A stretch of DNA of 64,000 bases from the human T2T-CHM13v2.0 reference genome, Homo sapiens. The stretch lies in the NCBI RefSeq assembly GCF_009914755.1, contig NC_060927.1; one strand, written 5' to 3'. Numbering within the stretch: position 1 is the first letter of the stretch; each line of letters begins with the position of its first letter. The position numbers were made by a program, and so were the translations under genes. Below the pieces are notes generated by a model. The model worked only from the letters and a program-made list of their open reading frames with translations. It had not been told where the DNA came from and did no database searches. Positions 39,049-51,076 of this stretch are shown in pieces.

Positions 39049-40552
39049 TGGTTCCTGGTCTTTGAGTTTTGATTGTAATCATTGGTTTCTAAAAAAGGAC
39101 TCCAGACCCACAGCAGTCATTGTGTGACAATGGTTTTGTTAATAATTTATTACCCCAGCCCTGGCAGCCCTTCAGCTTGCAGAAGGGGATTGTTTGGGAA
39201 CCCATATTAACAAATGTATTAAACGTCATGGGAAAGTTGAGGCATTCGAATGCATGTGTACCTTCCGCCACTATTCTTTACTGTGAGAGGAGCCTGTTTA
39301 TGCCTCTGAAAGACCTGGTGGGTAGGGGTAGGGGTGGGGTGGATTATAAAATGCCAAAAGGTGTTCAGAACAGGACAGACTCTTGCTCAGGGGAGAGGTG
39401 TTTAACAGAGCATGTGGTTGGGAACAGGGCTGAGGCGTCGGACAGGTGGGGCTTGGGTGCCAGGGCACTTATTAGGTGGATGACTCAGCGGGTTACTTCT
39501 TGGGGCCTCAGTTTCTTCATCTGTAAACTGGGGATGATAATGGCACCTACCCCATGGGGTGCTTCTGAGGATGAAATGAGATAATGCATATAAAGCGCTT
39601 AGCGCCCGGCAAATCGGAAACGTTCAGTTGCTGTTCACTATAATAAAACTTGCAGAGAGAGGGTCCCCAGGGAGTGGGGAGTTCTCAGTTCACCACAGGT
39701 GTAGGAAGACAGCCAAGGTAAGCCCCACTTCTTGGTAGCCACTGGCGTTGCTCTGTCACCCACAGAGTATCTGTTCAAGCTGGGCAGGAGTGGGTTAGTC
39801 TGGTGGGAGATGTCCTCTGAAGTCCCTGAGACTCCCAGAGTTGATGTGAAAAGAGAAAAATCAAAGATGCCCACAGAGAATTTTCCTCAGCCTGTGGAAA
39901 CTCAAGCTTTGGCTCACTGTTTGGCAGCCACATTTTTCAAATTCTTGGCCTTAACCTGAGAACTTAAATCATTCTGCAGCAGGTAAGTGAGCAGCCGTGG
40001 TGAGTGTCATGGGCTAGATGGGTCAGGGCCATGTCTTATGAGGCAGTGAGGTGGAAAATCCCATTCTCTGGATTCTCTCAAGGCCCAGAGCGAGGGCTTC
40101 TGAAAGGTGGACCAACTTTCAGAAGCTGATGGAAATGCTTTTCTTTGAGGAAGGATCTGAGTCCTGCAGCCGTCACTCTGTGCTGGACTGCTCCCCCGCA
40201 AGCCATGCCCGCTCCCACCAGGCTCCACCCTGGGACACATACATCTATGCTCCCCGCCACTGCCCTGTCTTGCAGCTAAGATGCCACAAAGGGGCTCCTC
40301 CCCTAGAATGGTCTGGTGGCCCAGAAACGGACAGGTAGGCTGGCTCACATTCCAGGGAGCACCATGATCCTTGGACTGCAAGGCCTGTCTTTTCCCCTGA
40401 ACTTCCTGAATTCTGGGAAAGATGGCTTCATGGGTATATGTCTAGGTCATGGAGAAGATTTGTCTCTCCTATTCTCCTCCCCAGGACCACTTGTTTACAC
40501 AGTTTGATTAGGACTGTGACCTCTTGCACCTAAAGAAAGGAGTGTCCCCCTT

Positions 40553-40954
40553 TGAACTAGGTAATAAAACACACCTGGCTAGGCAGAGCGTGCCTGGAGA
40601 ACTGGAAGTCGGGAAACCTAAATTATGGCCTTGGCTCCTTGCTATCCAGCCATGTGATCGTGGGCAATTTACTTAACCTCATTTGTGCCCTGGGTTCGTT
40701 AGCTGAAAAATGAGGGTCTTACCATCTGCCATGTCAGCATCACATGGAAGCTGGGGTCCAGCAAGGTTGTTATGAAACGTTAGGTGTCAAAAACACTTTG
40801 ATTACTACCAAGAGCTACTCAGATGCAAAGTGCTACAGTTGTCTAACAATAATACCCGTTTCCAGGGAAGGGTAAGATAGGTGGATCCAGAAAGGAGGTG
40901 GGTGTTATGTAAATGGCCAAAGACTGGTGTCCAACTTGCACCCAGTGATAATTC
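40553..40954 (-). repeat. Right arm of the ~405-bp inverted duplication
   Basis: Reverse complement begins gaattatcactgg and ends gttttattacctagttca, as does the left arm. Confidence 0.95.
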
Positions 40955-42371
40955 CAGGCCCTCTGTCTCCCTGCTGTCACCGAGGTGGCCGTCACTGTCC
41001 ACTAGCCCCTAACCTCGGGGTGGCTCTTGTTCCTGAAGCAAGGCAGGCTCGTCATAACCACGCTCCATGGCTTTGCAAGGACTTGCAGGGCTGGGGGAGG
41101 ATGGGGGAGCCAGGCTAATTAAGCAATATTATATTATTTTCAAGGCTGATCTGAAAAGGTAGTTTTGTTATTCTTTTAATCTAAGACCCGGATTCATTGG
41201 CCCCTCTACAGCTCAGTCAACCCAAGGAGGGAAAACTGTCTACTTGACAATTATCAGAAGGTAAGAATGTAAACTCGGGTTGTAGTTTCAACCAGCCACA
41301 CCCCAGTGTGGTCAAAAGTAACTGTCTTGGGCAGTCAGGGGAGGGAGGTTCTGTGTGGCCCTGGCAAGTCTCTTTCCCTTTCTGGGCTTCAGTTTCCTCA
41401 TCTGTGAAATGTGGAAGGATGGACGACATGGGTGGTTTTCAAGTGCTGCTCTCCTGAAGTTCCAAGGAGTTTCAATGGCAAGAGGGAGGGGACCCTCTTT
41501 GCTCTGCTTCATATGGAGCTGTTTTGCCTTTTGTCTTTTATCTAGCGGCGTCTTTATCCTAAGATGGTGTTTTGGGACCGGAGAGGAGCACGTTACCCTG
41601 CTGAAAAAGGCATTTGGAAACTGCTGGATTCCAGTGCTTCCAGCTGCAGAGTTCTGTGATCTGTGTTCTCTTGCTCTTTTGTTGTGGTTGAAGGTTGGCT
41701 GACAGCAGCCATGCCCACTTCCCTTTCCCCCTGTCCAGTGGATTCAGGATGGAAACAGCCACTGCCGGGGTCACTGCCTCACCCTGCCCCTGCCCCTGCC
41801 CTGGCCTTTTCCTTAAAGCGTATCTGATCAGATCTGTCATCAGGGATGTCTGGGACTGGTGCTGAGGATCTGCCCGCAGACCAGCTTTGTGTCTTCTGCT
41901 TTCCCAGCCTTTGACTCCGGCCTCACTGCTGGGGCTGGTTGTCTGTGTCGGTTCAACGTGCAGATGGGAGGAGAGTTGGTTGTGGCTCTGCCACAAGTCA
42001 CTGACCTCTCCTAACCCCAGCTCTCTCATCTATAATGTGACAGATTTATGAATGATGATATCTGCCTTGGCAATCTCCTAAGACTCTGGTGAGACAGCTT
42101 ATATGGAAAGGGCTCTGGAATCAAATGTGATTTGGAGACGACTGGAGGGTGAGGAGAGGTCGGCCTGGCGGGGGCAGATGCCGTTCCCTCTGGTGGAGAG
42201 GCAGCCTCAGAAGGTGGCCCCTCTACAGAGTTCCCCAGCTTTCTGGGAACAAAGCAGACTTTCTGTTATCTTTTTTTAATTATTATTATTGTGATATAAT
42301 TGACATATAATCATAGGCACAGATTTTAAATGTAGACTTTGATTCGATATGACAAATGTTTCTATACCCAT

Positions 42372-42867
42372 TGTACCAGTTTTCTGTGGCTGCTGTAACA
42401 AATTCCTACAAACTGAGTGGCTTAAAGGAACCAAATGTATTGTTTTATAAGTTCAACATGAGTCTTACTAGACTAGACTAAAGCAAGTGTTGGCAGGCCA
42501 GCGCTCCTTTCTGGAGGCTCTAGGGGAGAAGGCTTCCTTGCCTTTTCCAGTTTCCAGAGGCCACCCACATCCCTTGGCTTGTGGCTCCTTCCTCCATCTT
42601 CAGGTTTAGCAATGGTGAATGGAGTCCTTCTCACATTGCCTCTCGCCACCCTCCTCTCCTGCCTCCTGCCTCCACAGCGAAGGCTCCTTGTAATTATGTT
42701 GGGCCCACCCGGGTAATCCAAGCTCATCTGTCTACTTTAAGGTCGGTGATTAGCAGCTTTTGTTCCATCTGCACCTTTAATTCCCCTTCGCCACATAAGA
42801 CAGCATTTTCACAGGTTCCAGGAACTAGAACATGGACATGTCTGCGGGGACCATTCTGTCTACCACA
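42372..42867 (-). mobile_element. MLT1 (MLT1C/D-like) solo LTR inserted in an L1M relic
   Basis: tgtaccagttttctgtggctgctgtaacaaat...ttctggaggctctagggg...ccattctgtctaccaca, with TG...CA termini. Confidence 0.85.
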
Positions 42868-42985
42868 CCTGTGAAACTGCCAACCTAATCAAGACATTTA
42901 TTTTCTTCTAGAAAGTTGTCTCATTCCCATTTATAGTCCTTTTCTACTCACAACCCCCCACCCTCCAGAGGCAACCACCATTTTG

Positions 42986-43380
42986 GTGTTTTTTTCAACT
43001 TTTATTTTAGATTCAGGAGGTAAATGTGCAGGTTTGTTACCTGGGTATATTGTGCGATGCTGAGGTTTGGGGGGGTTCACCCAGGTGGTGAACATTGTAC
43101 CCAAGAGTTTTGCAGCCCTTGCCCCCGCCCAGGCACTCCCCACTGTCTGTTGTTCCCCTCTTTATGTCCATGAGTACCCAATGTTTATCTCTCACTGACA
43201 AGTGAGAAAATGTAGTATTTGGTTTTCTGCTCCTGCATCAATTTGCTTAGGAAAATGACCCCCAGCTGCATCCATTTTGCTGCAGAGGACCTGATCTCAG
43301 TCTCTTTTATGGCTGTGTAGTATTCCATGTTTTATATGTACCACGTTTTCTTTACGCAGCCCACTGTTGATGGGTACCTA
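42986..43380 (-). mobile_element. L1PA/L1PB 3' end, antisense
   Basis: L1 3' UTR motifs; 15-bp TSD GCAACCACCATTTTG at 42971-42985 and 43381-43395. Confidence 0.88.
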
Positions 43381-44628
43381 GCAACCACCATTTTGATTTC
43401 TCTCACCATCACCTGATGTTTCCCAGTCTGGGCCAGGTTTATGTTGAAGGGCTACCTCACACCTGCCAGGTGGGGTGGAGTGAAAAGTTTGGAAAAGTAA
43501 AATCTCTGATGATTTGCTCTTGGTCTGGGTGAAGAGTGATGAATTGAAAGAGGTTCCGGGAGGGAGAGAGGGAGGCAGTGTAGCGGGTAGAGGGGCCGTG
43601 CTTCAGGAGCCTGGGGCGGGGAGGCTGTGCACCCACCTTCTCTGCTCTCAGCTCCCACCAGCCATAGGGAGACAGTCCTGAGGAGAACATTCCATTCCCC
43701 ACCCAAGCCCTGCAAACGCATCATTACAGAAAGAGGCTTAATGAACAGGTCTGTGACTGTGTGGAGGGCTCTTGTCTCTCTAAGTCTAGGTCACACCAGG
43801 TAGCAGAGGGGGCAGGTGAATGCCTCCAGCAGCCACAGCCAGCAATTCCAGAAGGCCCTCCCTGAGGGCCCTCTGCCTCCCTTCGCTCCAAGGGCACGCC
43901 CCTTCTAAGAAGAAGTATGTTAGTTCTTTACCCACACTACCATCATGTTTCACTTCTACTCTTGCAATAGATACCACTGCTTCTGTTCTAGAAACCCCAC
44001 TTCTTTCTTCGGGGGTACCTTTTTAATTTTTTTTATTTCATTGAGACAGAAGTCTCACTATGTTGCCCAGGTAGGCCTTGTAACTAGCTCCATGGGTTTT
44101 TGGGTGAGATAACATGTGAAGGTTTGCCTGAGCTCCTGGTAGCTTGAAAGCAGTCAGTGAGTGTTAGCTATCGTGTTACTGTAGTGATCTCATTGAACCT
44201 TCACAACCATCCATGAAGTACGATTATTGCCCATTTTGCAGATGAGAAGATTCGAGTTTCAGAGACATTGTCACTTTCTAAGGTGACACTCGCTAGTAAG
44301 CGGTGGAGCTGAGATCCAGGCCTTTCTGACTCTGGAAACAGAGCTCTCACTTTGCTCTCCTGTCCTAGCTGCTCACAGGATCACCTTCACCTTGGAGTTT
44401 TCACATTCTACTAATGTAATGGTAGTAGAAAAACAAAATTAACACCATCAGTTTGCACTGTACTAAGCACTTGGCATGCATCATGGCAGCCCTTCTATGT
44501 GGATTCAGAGAGGCTGGGCAGTGTGCCCAAGTCCACAGAGCCAGTGGGTCAAGGACCTGGGACTCACACCCAGGCAGTCTGACTGCAAAACCTGCCCTGC
44601 TAATTCCTCTGTTAAGAAACACCTTCCC

Positions 44629-45260
44629 AGTGTGGCAATTCCTCAAAGATTTAGAACCAGAAATACCATTTGACCCAGCAATCCCATTGCTGGGTACATA
44701 CCCAAAGGAACATAAATCATTCTATTATAAAGTTACATGCATGCATATGTTTATTGCAGCACTCTTCATAATAGCAAAGACATGGAATCAACCCAAACGC
44801 CCATCAATGATAGACTGGATAAAGAAATTATAGTACATAAACTATGCAGCCATAAAATGTGGAATACTATGCAGCCATAAAAAGGAATGAGATCGTGTCC
44901 TTTGCAGGGACATGGATGAAGCCAGAAGCCATTATCCTCAGCAAACTAATGCAAGAATAGAAAACCAAACACCACATGTTCTCATTTACAAGTATGAGCT
45001 GAACAATGAGAACACATGGACACAGGGAGGGGAACAACACACACTGGGTCCTGTTGGGGGAGGCAGGAGTTGGGGGAGAGCATTAGGAAAAAGAGCTAAT
45101 GCATGCTGGGCTTAATATGTATGTGATGGGTGGGTTGACAGGTGCAGCAAACCACCATATATTTACCTTTGTGACAAACCTGCACGTCCTGCATAGGTAC
45201 CCCAGAACTTAACAAATTTAAAAAGTTTCTAAAAATTACTTGAACAGAATAAAAAAAAAA
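44629..45260 (+). mobile_element. L1PA 3' end (ORF2 C-terminus plus 3' UTR and A-tail), sense
   Basis: ORF 44453..44833 contains L1 ORF2-like EIPFDPAIPLLG...MFIAALFIIAKTWNQPK; A-rich tail. Confidence 0.92.
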
Positions 45261-46796
45261 GAAATGTCTTCCTTCCGTTGAGGCACTGGTTGTATATCTC
45301 CTTTTGATACCAAGAGTAGTGTAACTGAGCACACCTCTCATTTCATCTTGACCTCAGAGCCCAGCCTGGGACTCCTCTGAATCCTCATTCCCCATTCTCC
45401 AGTTCCCAACCTATTCTCTTTTTGATTTTCTGTGCTTACTTGTGTCTTCTAGACCTTATTATCCATTTTATTATTTTATTGAGCACATTCTATCAATAAA
45501 GCTGCTTCGAACCCTTGAGCGACTGAGGACTGGAATCAGTAATGCGAAACAAACCTAGTGACCGTGGCGGAAACACACACAGCAATGTGGCGTTCTCAGC
45601 GCCTGGCCCTGTCTCATCTCATAAGAGCTTCCCTTACCCTGACCCTAGCGGTTGACAGCCATTGGGTCACCCGATTGGCCGTCAGACAGCGCGGTCCGTG
45701 GCAGGCTATCTGTGTGTGTCGCGTGGCGCTGCTGTCAGATAACAGATGGCGGGCTTTATTTATTCATTTACTTACTTACTTGAAGGGCTTTTGTTTCCTT
45801 GAATGACCAGATTGTCCCAAAATGCTTTTAAAGCTGCTTCCATGCCATGAGAACACAGCTGGGATAGCAGCTGAAGCGAATGGCCCTGCACGGCCACCTT
45901 CTGGTGCACCCCAGCTTTAGCGGGCAGTCCTCTGTAAGCCCGCATGGGTGAGATGTTGGATGGTCTGTCTTGGTGAGAAATTCAGTCACCATAATTAGGT
46001 GGCTTCAGGTTGCATTCTTTGCCCCCATGATTTTTTTGTCTCCTTTATTGACCTGAGGGTTCAAGAGCTCTCAAAGAAGTGAACAACTGAAAGTTGCTTT
46101 CTCATATTTGAGCAATTTTCTAGAATTCATTTATTTTGGAGATTTATTTCTGTCATGTCCACCAAATATAAAAAGGATCTGACCATGGGGAGGGGGGCAT
46201 CCAGTTATGGGGAGCCATAAAGTGTTGGGTTATATTCATTCTTTTATCAAATAATCATGGAGTGCCTTCTATTTGCTGGGCCTCTTCTAGGTGCTCTGGG
46301 GGCAGCTGGAAACCACTCAGGCGAGGCATCTGCCTTCACAGAGCTTGCACTCTGCATAAGGCAGACAGTAAGGAGGTGAACGGTCAGTGCAACAGTGCAA
46401 TTCAGAGGCCTTGATTGCTGTGAAGAAGATGAAACAAGGCATGGAGAATAAGCAATAGGCTTGGGAGCTGCTGTAGGGGCAGCCTCACTGAGCAGGTGGC
46501 ATTGGTGGTGGGCCCAAAAGATGAGGGGCCCTAGCTGTGGGAAGAGCTAGGAATATAAGAATAGGGCAGTGGCATTGAGCGTCTGCCACAGCTTTGTTTA
46601 CCAGCAGCCTCCTGGGTCACTTTTGTAGGGGTAAAAGGCTATTTAGTAAGTAGTCATTATGGTGATTGTTGAATTACTATGTGTTTTCCTCCTGAGGCTG
46701 TCAATTTCATGGGGGAAAGGTCTAGGCTCCTTTTTGTTCACTTCTCTTATAACTGACATAGTGCCCACCTTGTGACAAATGCAAAAATAAGTAGTG

Positions 46797-46900
46797 GGTG
46801 GCTGGATGGATGGATGGATGGATGGATGGATGGATGGATGGGTGAATGGGTGGGTGGGTGGATGGATGAGTAGGTAGATGGATGAATGGATGGATGGATG
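46797..46900 (+). repeat. (GGAT)n/(GGGT)n tetranucleotide repeat
   Basis: Read directly. Confidence 0.95.
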
Positions 46901-48381
46901 AAATAGCAGGAAACCTAAAAGAAAAGAAAAGAAAAGAAACGAGGCAGTAAAAGGCAATGAAGGACACTACAGACTTACCTTGGTTCCAGAGTGGGAGTCG
47001 TGAAGGCCTCAATGACATGGAGGATGACAAGGCTAAGCATAGGGGAGGTGGTGACTTGTGTCCTGGCATTTGGCAGTGGCTGGAGGGAAAACGAACCAGG
47101 GAGCACAGGCAGGATGGATGGATCCTGAGCTGTAAAAAGCAACCAGAGGTAAAGAAGAACAGTTGGAAGGAAGAGAAAGGGCATGACCAAGAAGTGCATT
47201 GTGGGCAGACAGGACAGATGTTTGTCCACAAAGTGTGTGAGTCAATGGCTGGAGGAGTCAGAGTAGCTGAAGTTGCATGTCGACGATGGAAATCTGGTGG
47301 TTCCCTAGGGCTCTGCTGAATCAGGCATTGGGGTGTGTGTATGGGTGAGAGTTTTAAGAGTAAGGTGGCTTCAAGAAGGTGATAAGATTTAAGTTCTTTC
47401 TGGGATTGGAAGCCTAGGACTGCCTTCTGTAGGGAAGTGCCATCTTTCCAAATGGAAAGATTTGAAATTGGCAGAAGATACACTGGAAGAAGCAAATATA
47501 TTGTTGGGAGCTTTGTTTTTTTTTTCTCTGGAAATGACCGTATTGTATTTTTATGTAAATAATTTACAACAGCGTGGTGTTTGCAAAGGGGTGAAAAGCG
47601 AATACTCATAAATGAAGTTGAGACACCATATTGTGTTTTTCCATCAACAGTGTATACTATTGCTTGCAGAGGGTCCAAAAACAAATGTGTATCCAAGAGG
47701 AGAGCTACCTGTTCATTCTGAGCTTCTTCATTTAACCACTCTTACCTGTCCTTTGAAGCCTGATTTGAAGATGACCTTTTTCTTGAAGATTTTGGAGTCA
47801 CTATAGCATAGTGTCATCCTCACCAGCTCTGAGCATTTATAATATAATTGTGTAGCTACCTGAGTACTTTTTACTTAACATAATTTAGTCTGATTTATGG
47901 ACATGTCATCCTAACCTGTTAATGAGCAAAGGCAGCATATCTTATTCATGTGTATATTTTTCATAGGGCTCTGCCCAGGGGAAGAGTGCATAGAAGCCCT
48001 TAAACAAATGATTGGCCCTGCAGTAATCCCCCCAGAAAAGCTCAGTTTTCATTATTAACAGTGTTGTTTTGCGTGTGTGCAAGGGTGGAAGGGAATTGTT
48101 CTTAGTTGGCAACAGTCTGCCCACCACACTCGAGCATGCTCCCAAAGCCTATGTGTCTGTTGCAGCCACAGCAATTTGTTTCAAAGGCTCTGTGTTGAAA
48201 ACCCCAGGCCTTAGAACCCAGAGAACTACAGTGTGTGGAGTGGTCCTTAATGTTGATCTAAACTTAGATCATGCGTGAGGTTTTGCAACTGGCTCTGATC
48301 TTCATTAGGTTTTGGTGTCATGAGTGGGGTGCAGTTTCTGGTCAGTTACAGTGTTCACAATCTATGGATTTTCCTTTGCAG

Positions 48382-48562
48382 CACTCCTTTTTCTGTCGCT
48401 TGACAGAAGATAAGAAGTCAGAGAAATTCTTTAAGGTGTTTTATGACCGGATGAAGGTGGCCCAGCAAGAAATCAAAGCAACAGTGACAGTGAACACCAG
48501 TGACTTGGGAAATAAAAAGAAAGACGATGAGGTAGACAGGGATGCCCCATCACGGAAAAAAG
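48382..48562 (+). CDS. ITPR1: ITPR1 exon [25 protein letters not shown]...[16 protein letters not shown] (caspase-3 DEVD site at 48526-48537)
   Basis: tttgcag|CACTCC...AAAAAAG|gtaaat. 181 nt, phase 0-1; within ORF 48271..48720. Confidence 0.97.
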
Positions 48563-49068
48563 GTAAATGTTCCTCAGTCTTCAGTCAGCTGGATCATGAA
48601 CACCAGAAGAGTCCTTGTTATCCTTCATTGTTTTCATTACTTCTGTGCTCTAAAATGCATTATGATGGGAGCTTTCAGAAGAAATGCCAGCCTGGTTATG
48701 ATGTAATTCTTCCTCAGTGACCTGAGCTGAAGCCCTGCTGCTCAGAAGGATCTTCCTGTTTAATAAAGAACATTCCTCTTGGTCGAGCTTAGGGTTTTAT
48801 TGGCAAGGGATCCATGAATAATCTTTTCCTGTGATTCCTATTCAATGTTAGAGAAAGTTGAGGGAAATACGTATTTTAAAACTGGGTGTTAGTCCTTTGT
48901 CAGATAATGTTCTTTTGTTTTCCGAGGTATTGGAAAGCTTATAAAGCTTTTTATCCAGTATCTCACCAGAAGAGAAGTCGTACTGGGCAGTGGGTAGACC
49001 CACAAGTGTTGGAGTCAGATGGTCTTGAGAAAGTTAAGCATGCTGAGCCTCACGTTTCAAGTTTAGAA

Positions 49069-49283
49069 CTGGGTTTCTCAACCACAGTACAAGTGACATT
49101 TGGAGAATTCTTTGTTACAGGCCTGTCTGGCTGTCCTGTGCACTGTAAGATACTTAGCAGCATACACATTCTCTACCCAGTAGATGCCAGCAGCATACCC
49201 CTACTCCCAGAATATCTCCAGACATTGCCAGTTGTCCCCTGGGCGGGGTTGGGGGCAAAATCACCCCTGGCTGAGAACAGCTG
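49069..49283 (-). mobile_element. MER20 (hAT-Charlie)
   Basis: gggtttctcaac...ctccagacattgcca...tgtcccctggg...ggcaaaatcacccctggctgagaacagctg is the reverse complement of the MER20 consensus. Confidence 0.88.
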
Positions 49284-49369
49284 GTCTAGACAGGAGCTAA
49301 AGAGAAGAAAAAGAAGAATGGCTACCATTTACTAAGTGCTTGCTAGGAATCAGGCACTGTTCAACGTTC

Positions 49370-49663
49370 TTTTTTAAAAAACGAAATCTTGGCTCTGTCT
49401 CACTCTGTTGCCCAGGCTAGAGTGCAGTGGCACGATCATTGCTCACTGCAACGTCCAACTCCTGGGCCCAGATGATCCTCCCACCTCAGCCTCCTGAGTA
49501 GCTGGGACTGCAAGTATGCACCACTACATCTGGCTGATGTTTAAAACAATTTTTTGTTTTGTAGAGATGGAATCTCACTATGTTGCCCAAGTTGGTCTAA
49601 AACTTCTGGCCTCAAGTGATCCTCTTGAGTAGCTGGGATTATAGTCCAGCCACTGCACTGGAC
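49370..49663 (-). mobile_element. AluJ-like, antisense, inserted in a MIR
   Basis: Degenerate Alu dimer; TSD CTGTTCAA(C/A)GTTCTTT. Confidence 0.88.
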
Positions 49664-50362
49664 TGTTCAAAGTTCTTTACAGTTCCCCTCATTTCAGACT
49701 CATGTCACCACCGCAAGATAGATACAATTGAGGTACCTCCATTTTACAGATGAGGGGACTGGGGCACAGAGATGGTAATTAAGTCATTACGGACATGCAG
49801 CTAGGAGGCAGTGGAGCCAGCATTCGAACCCAGCGTGTCTGGCCGCAGAGTCAGTACTGCTAACTGTAATGCCATAACTACCTCACAGGGTTATTCTGAG
49901 GATGAGATAAAATAACACACACAAAGTTCTTCATCACAGTGCTTTGATAGTTACAGAAGGGTCAGGCATTACGACAACAATAATTGTGATTAGCATTATG
50001 TTGAGCTTCTTAAGAACTTTCTTGAGATGTTATTCACGGATGCTCTCCCATTTTAAAGATCAGGAAGCTGAGGCCCAGAACCTTAGATGTGTGAGGCTGA
50101 CAGAACCTGTGCTGAGGCTTTTCCTCTGAAACACACTGTACACGTAGGTGAAATGGTAGATCCACAAGTAAGGTGGCAGGGCCTGGCTCGGTTTTAATCC
50201 TGTCTGAGGACTGAGAGCAGATTGTGACTTCTTTGAGTGTTTTGCCAACTTTGAACGTCTCTAGGAGATAAAGGAATGTAGGTTTCTGAGTGTCACCTTT
50301 GGAGTGGTGAATAGGGCCCATGAGGACTCTGCAGCCTTTCATGCCTTATGCTTGCTTTCTAG

Positions 50363-50616
50363 CTAAAGAGCCCACAACACAGATAACAGAAGAGGTCCGG
50401 GATCAGCTCCTGGAGGCCTCCGCTGCCACCAGGAAAGCCTTCACCACTTTCAGGAGGGAGGCTGATCCCGACGACCACTACCAGCCTGGAGAGGGCACCC
50501 AGGCCACTGCCGACAAGGCCAAGGACGACCTGGAGATGAGCGCGGTCATCACCATCATGCAGCCCATCCTCCGCTTCCTTCAGCTCCTGTGTGAAAACCA
50601 CAACCGAGACCTGCAG
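50363..50616 (+). CDS. ITPR1: ITPR1 exon [20 protein letters not shown]...[17 protein letters not shown]
   Basis: ttctag|CTAAAGAG...GACCTGCAG|gtgagg. 254 nt, phase 1-0; within ORF 50320..50781. Confidence 0.97.
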
Positions 50617-50719
50617 GTGAGGGCCTGGGGGTGGGGGCGTGGAGGGAGCTCGGGAAAGGCTGCCAAGGCCTGCCTTCCTCTGATGGTTCAGCACCTCTCA
50701 CTTGGGCCAGATTGCTTGA

Positions 50720-51076
<357 letters not shown>

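Noticed and set aside
46722-47696. 324-aa minus-strand ORF, the longest in the track
   Set aside because: Runs through the (GGAT)n repeat (HPSIHPS...) and degenerate repeat sequence; no recognisable domain and no splice or promoter support.
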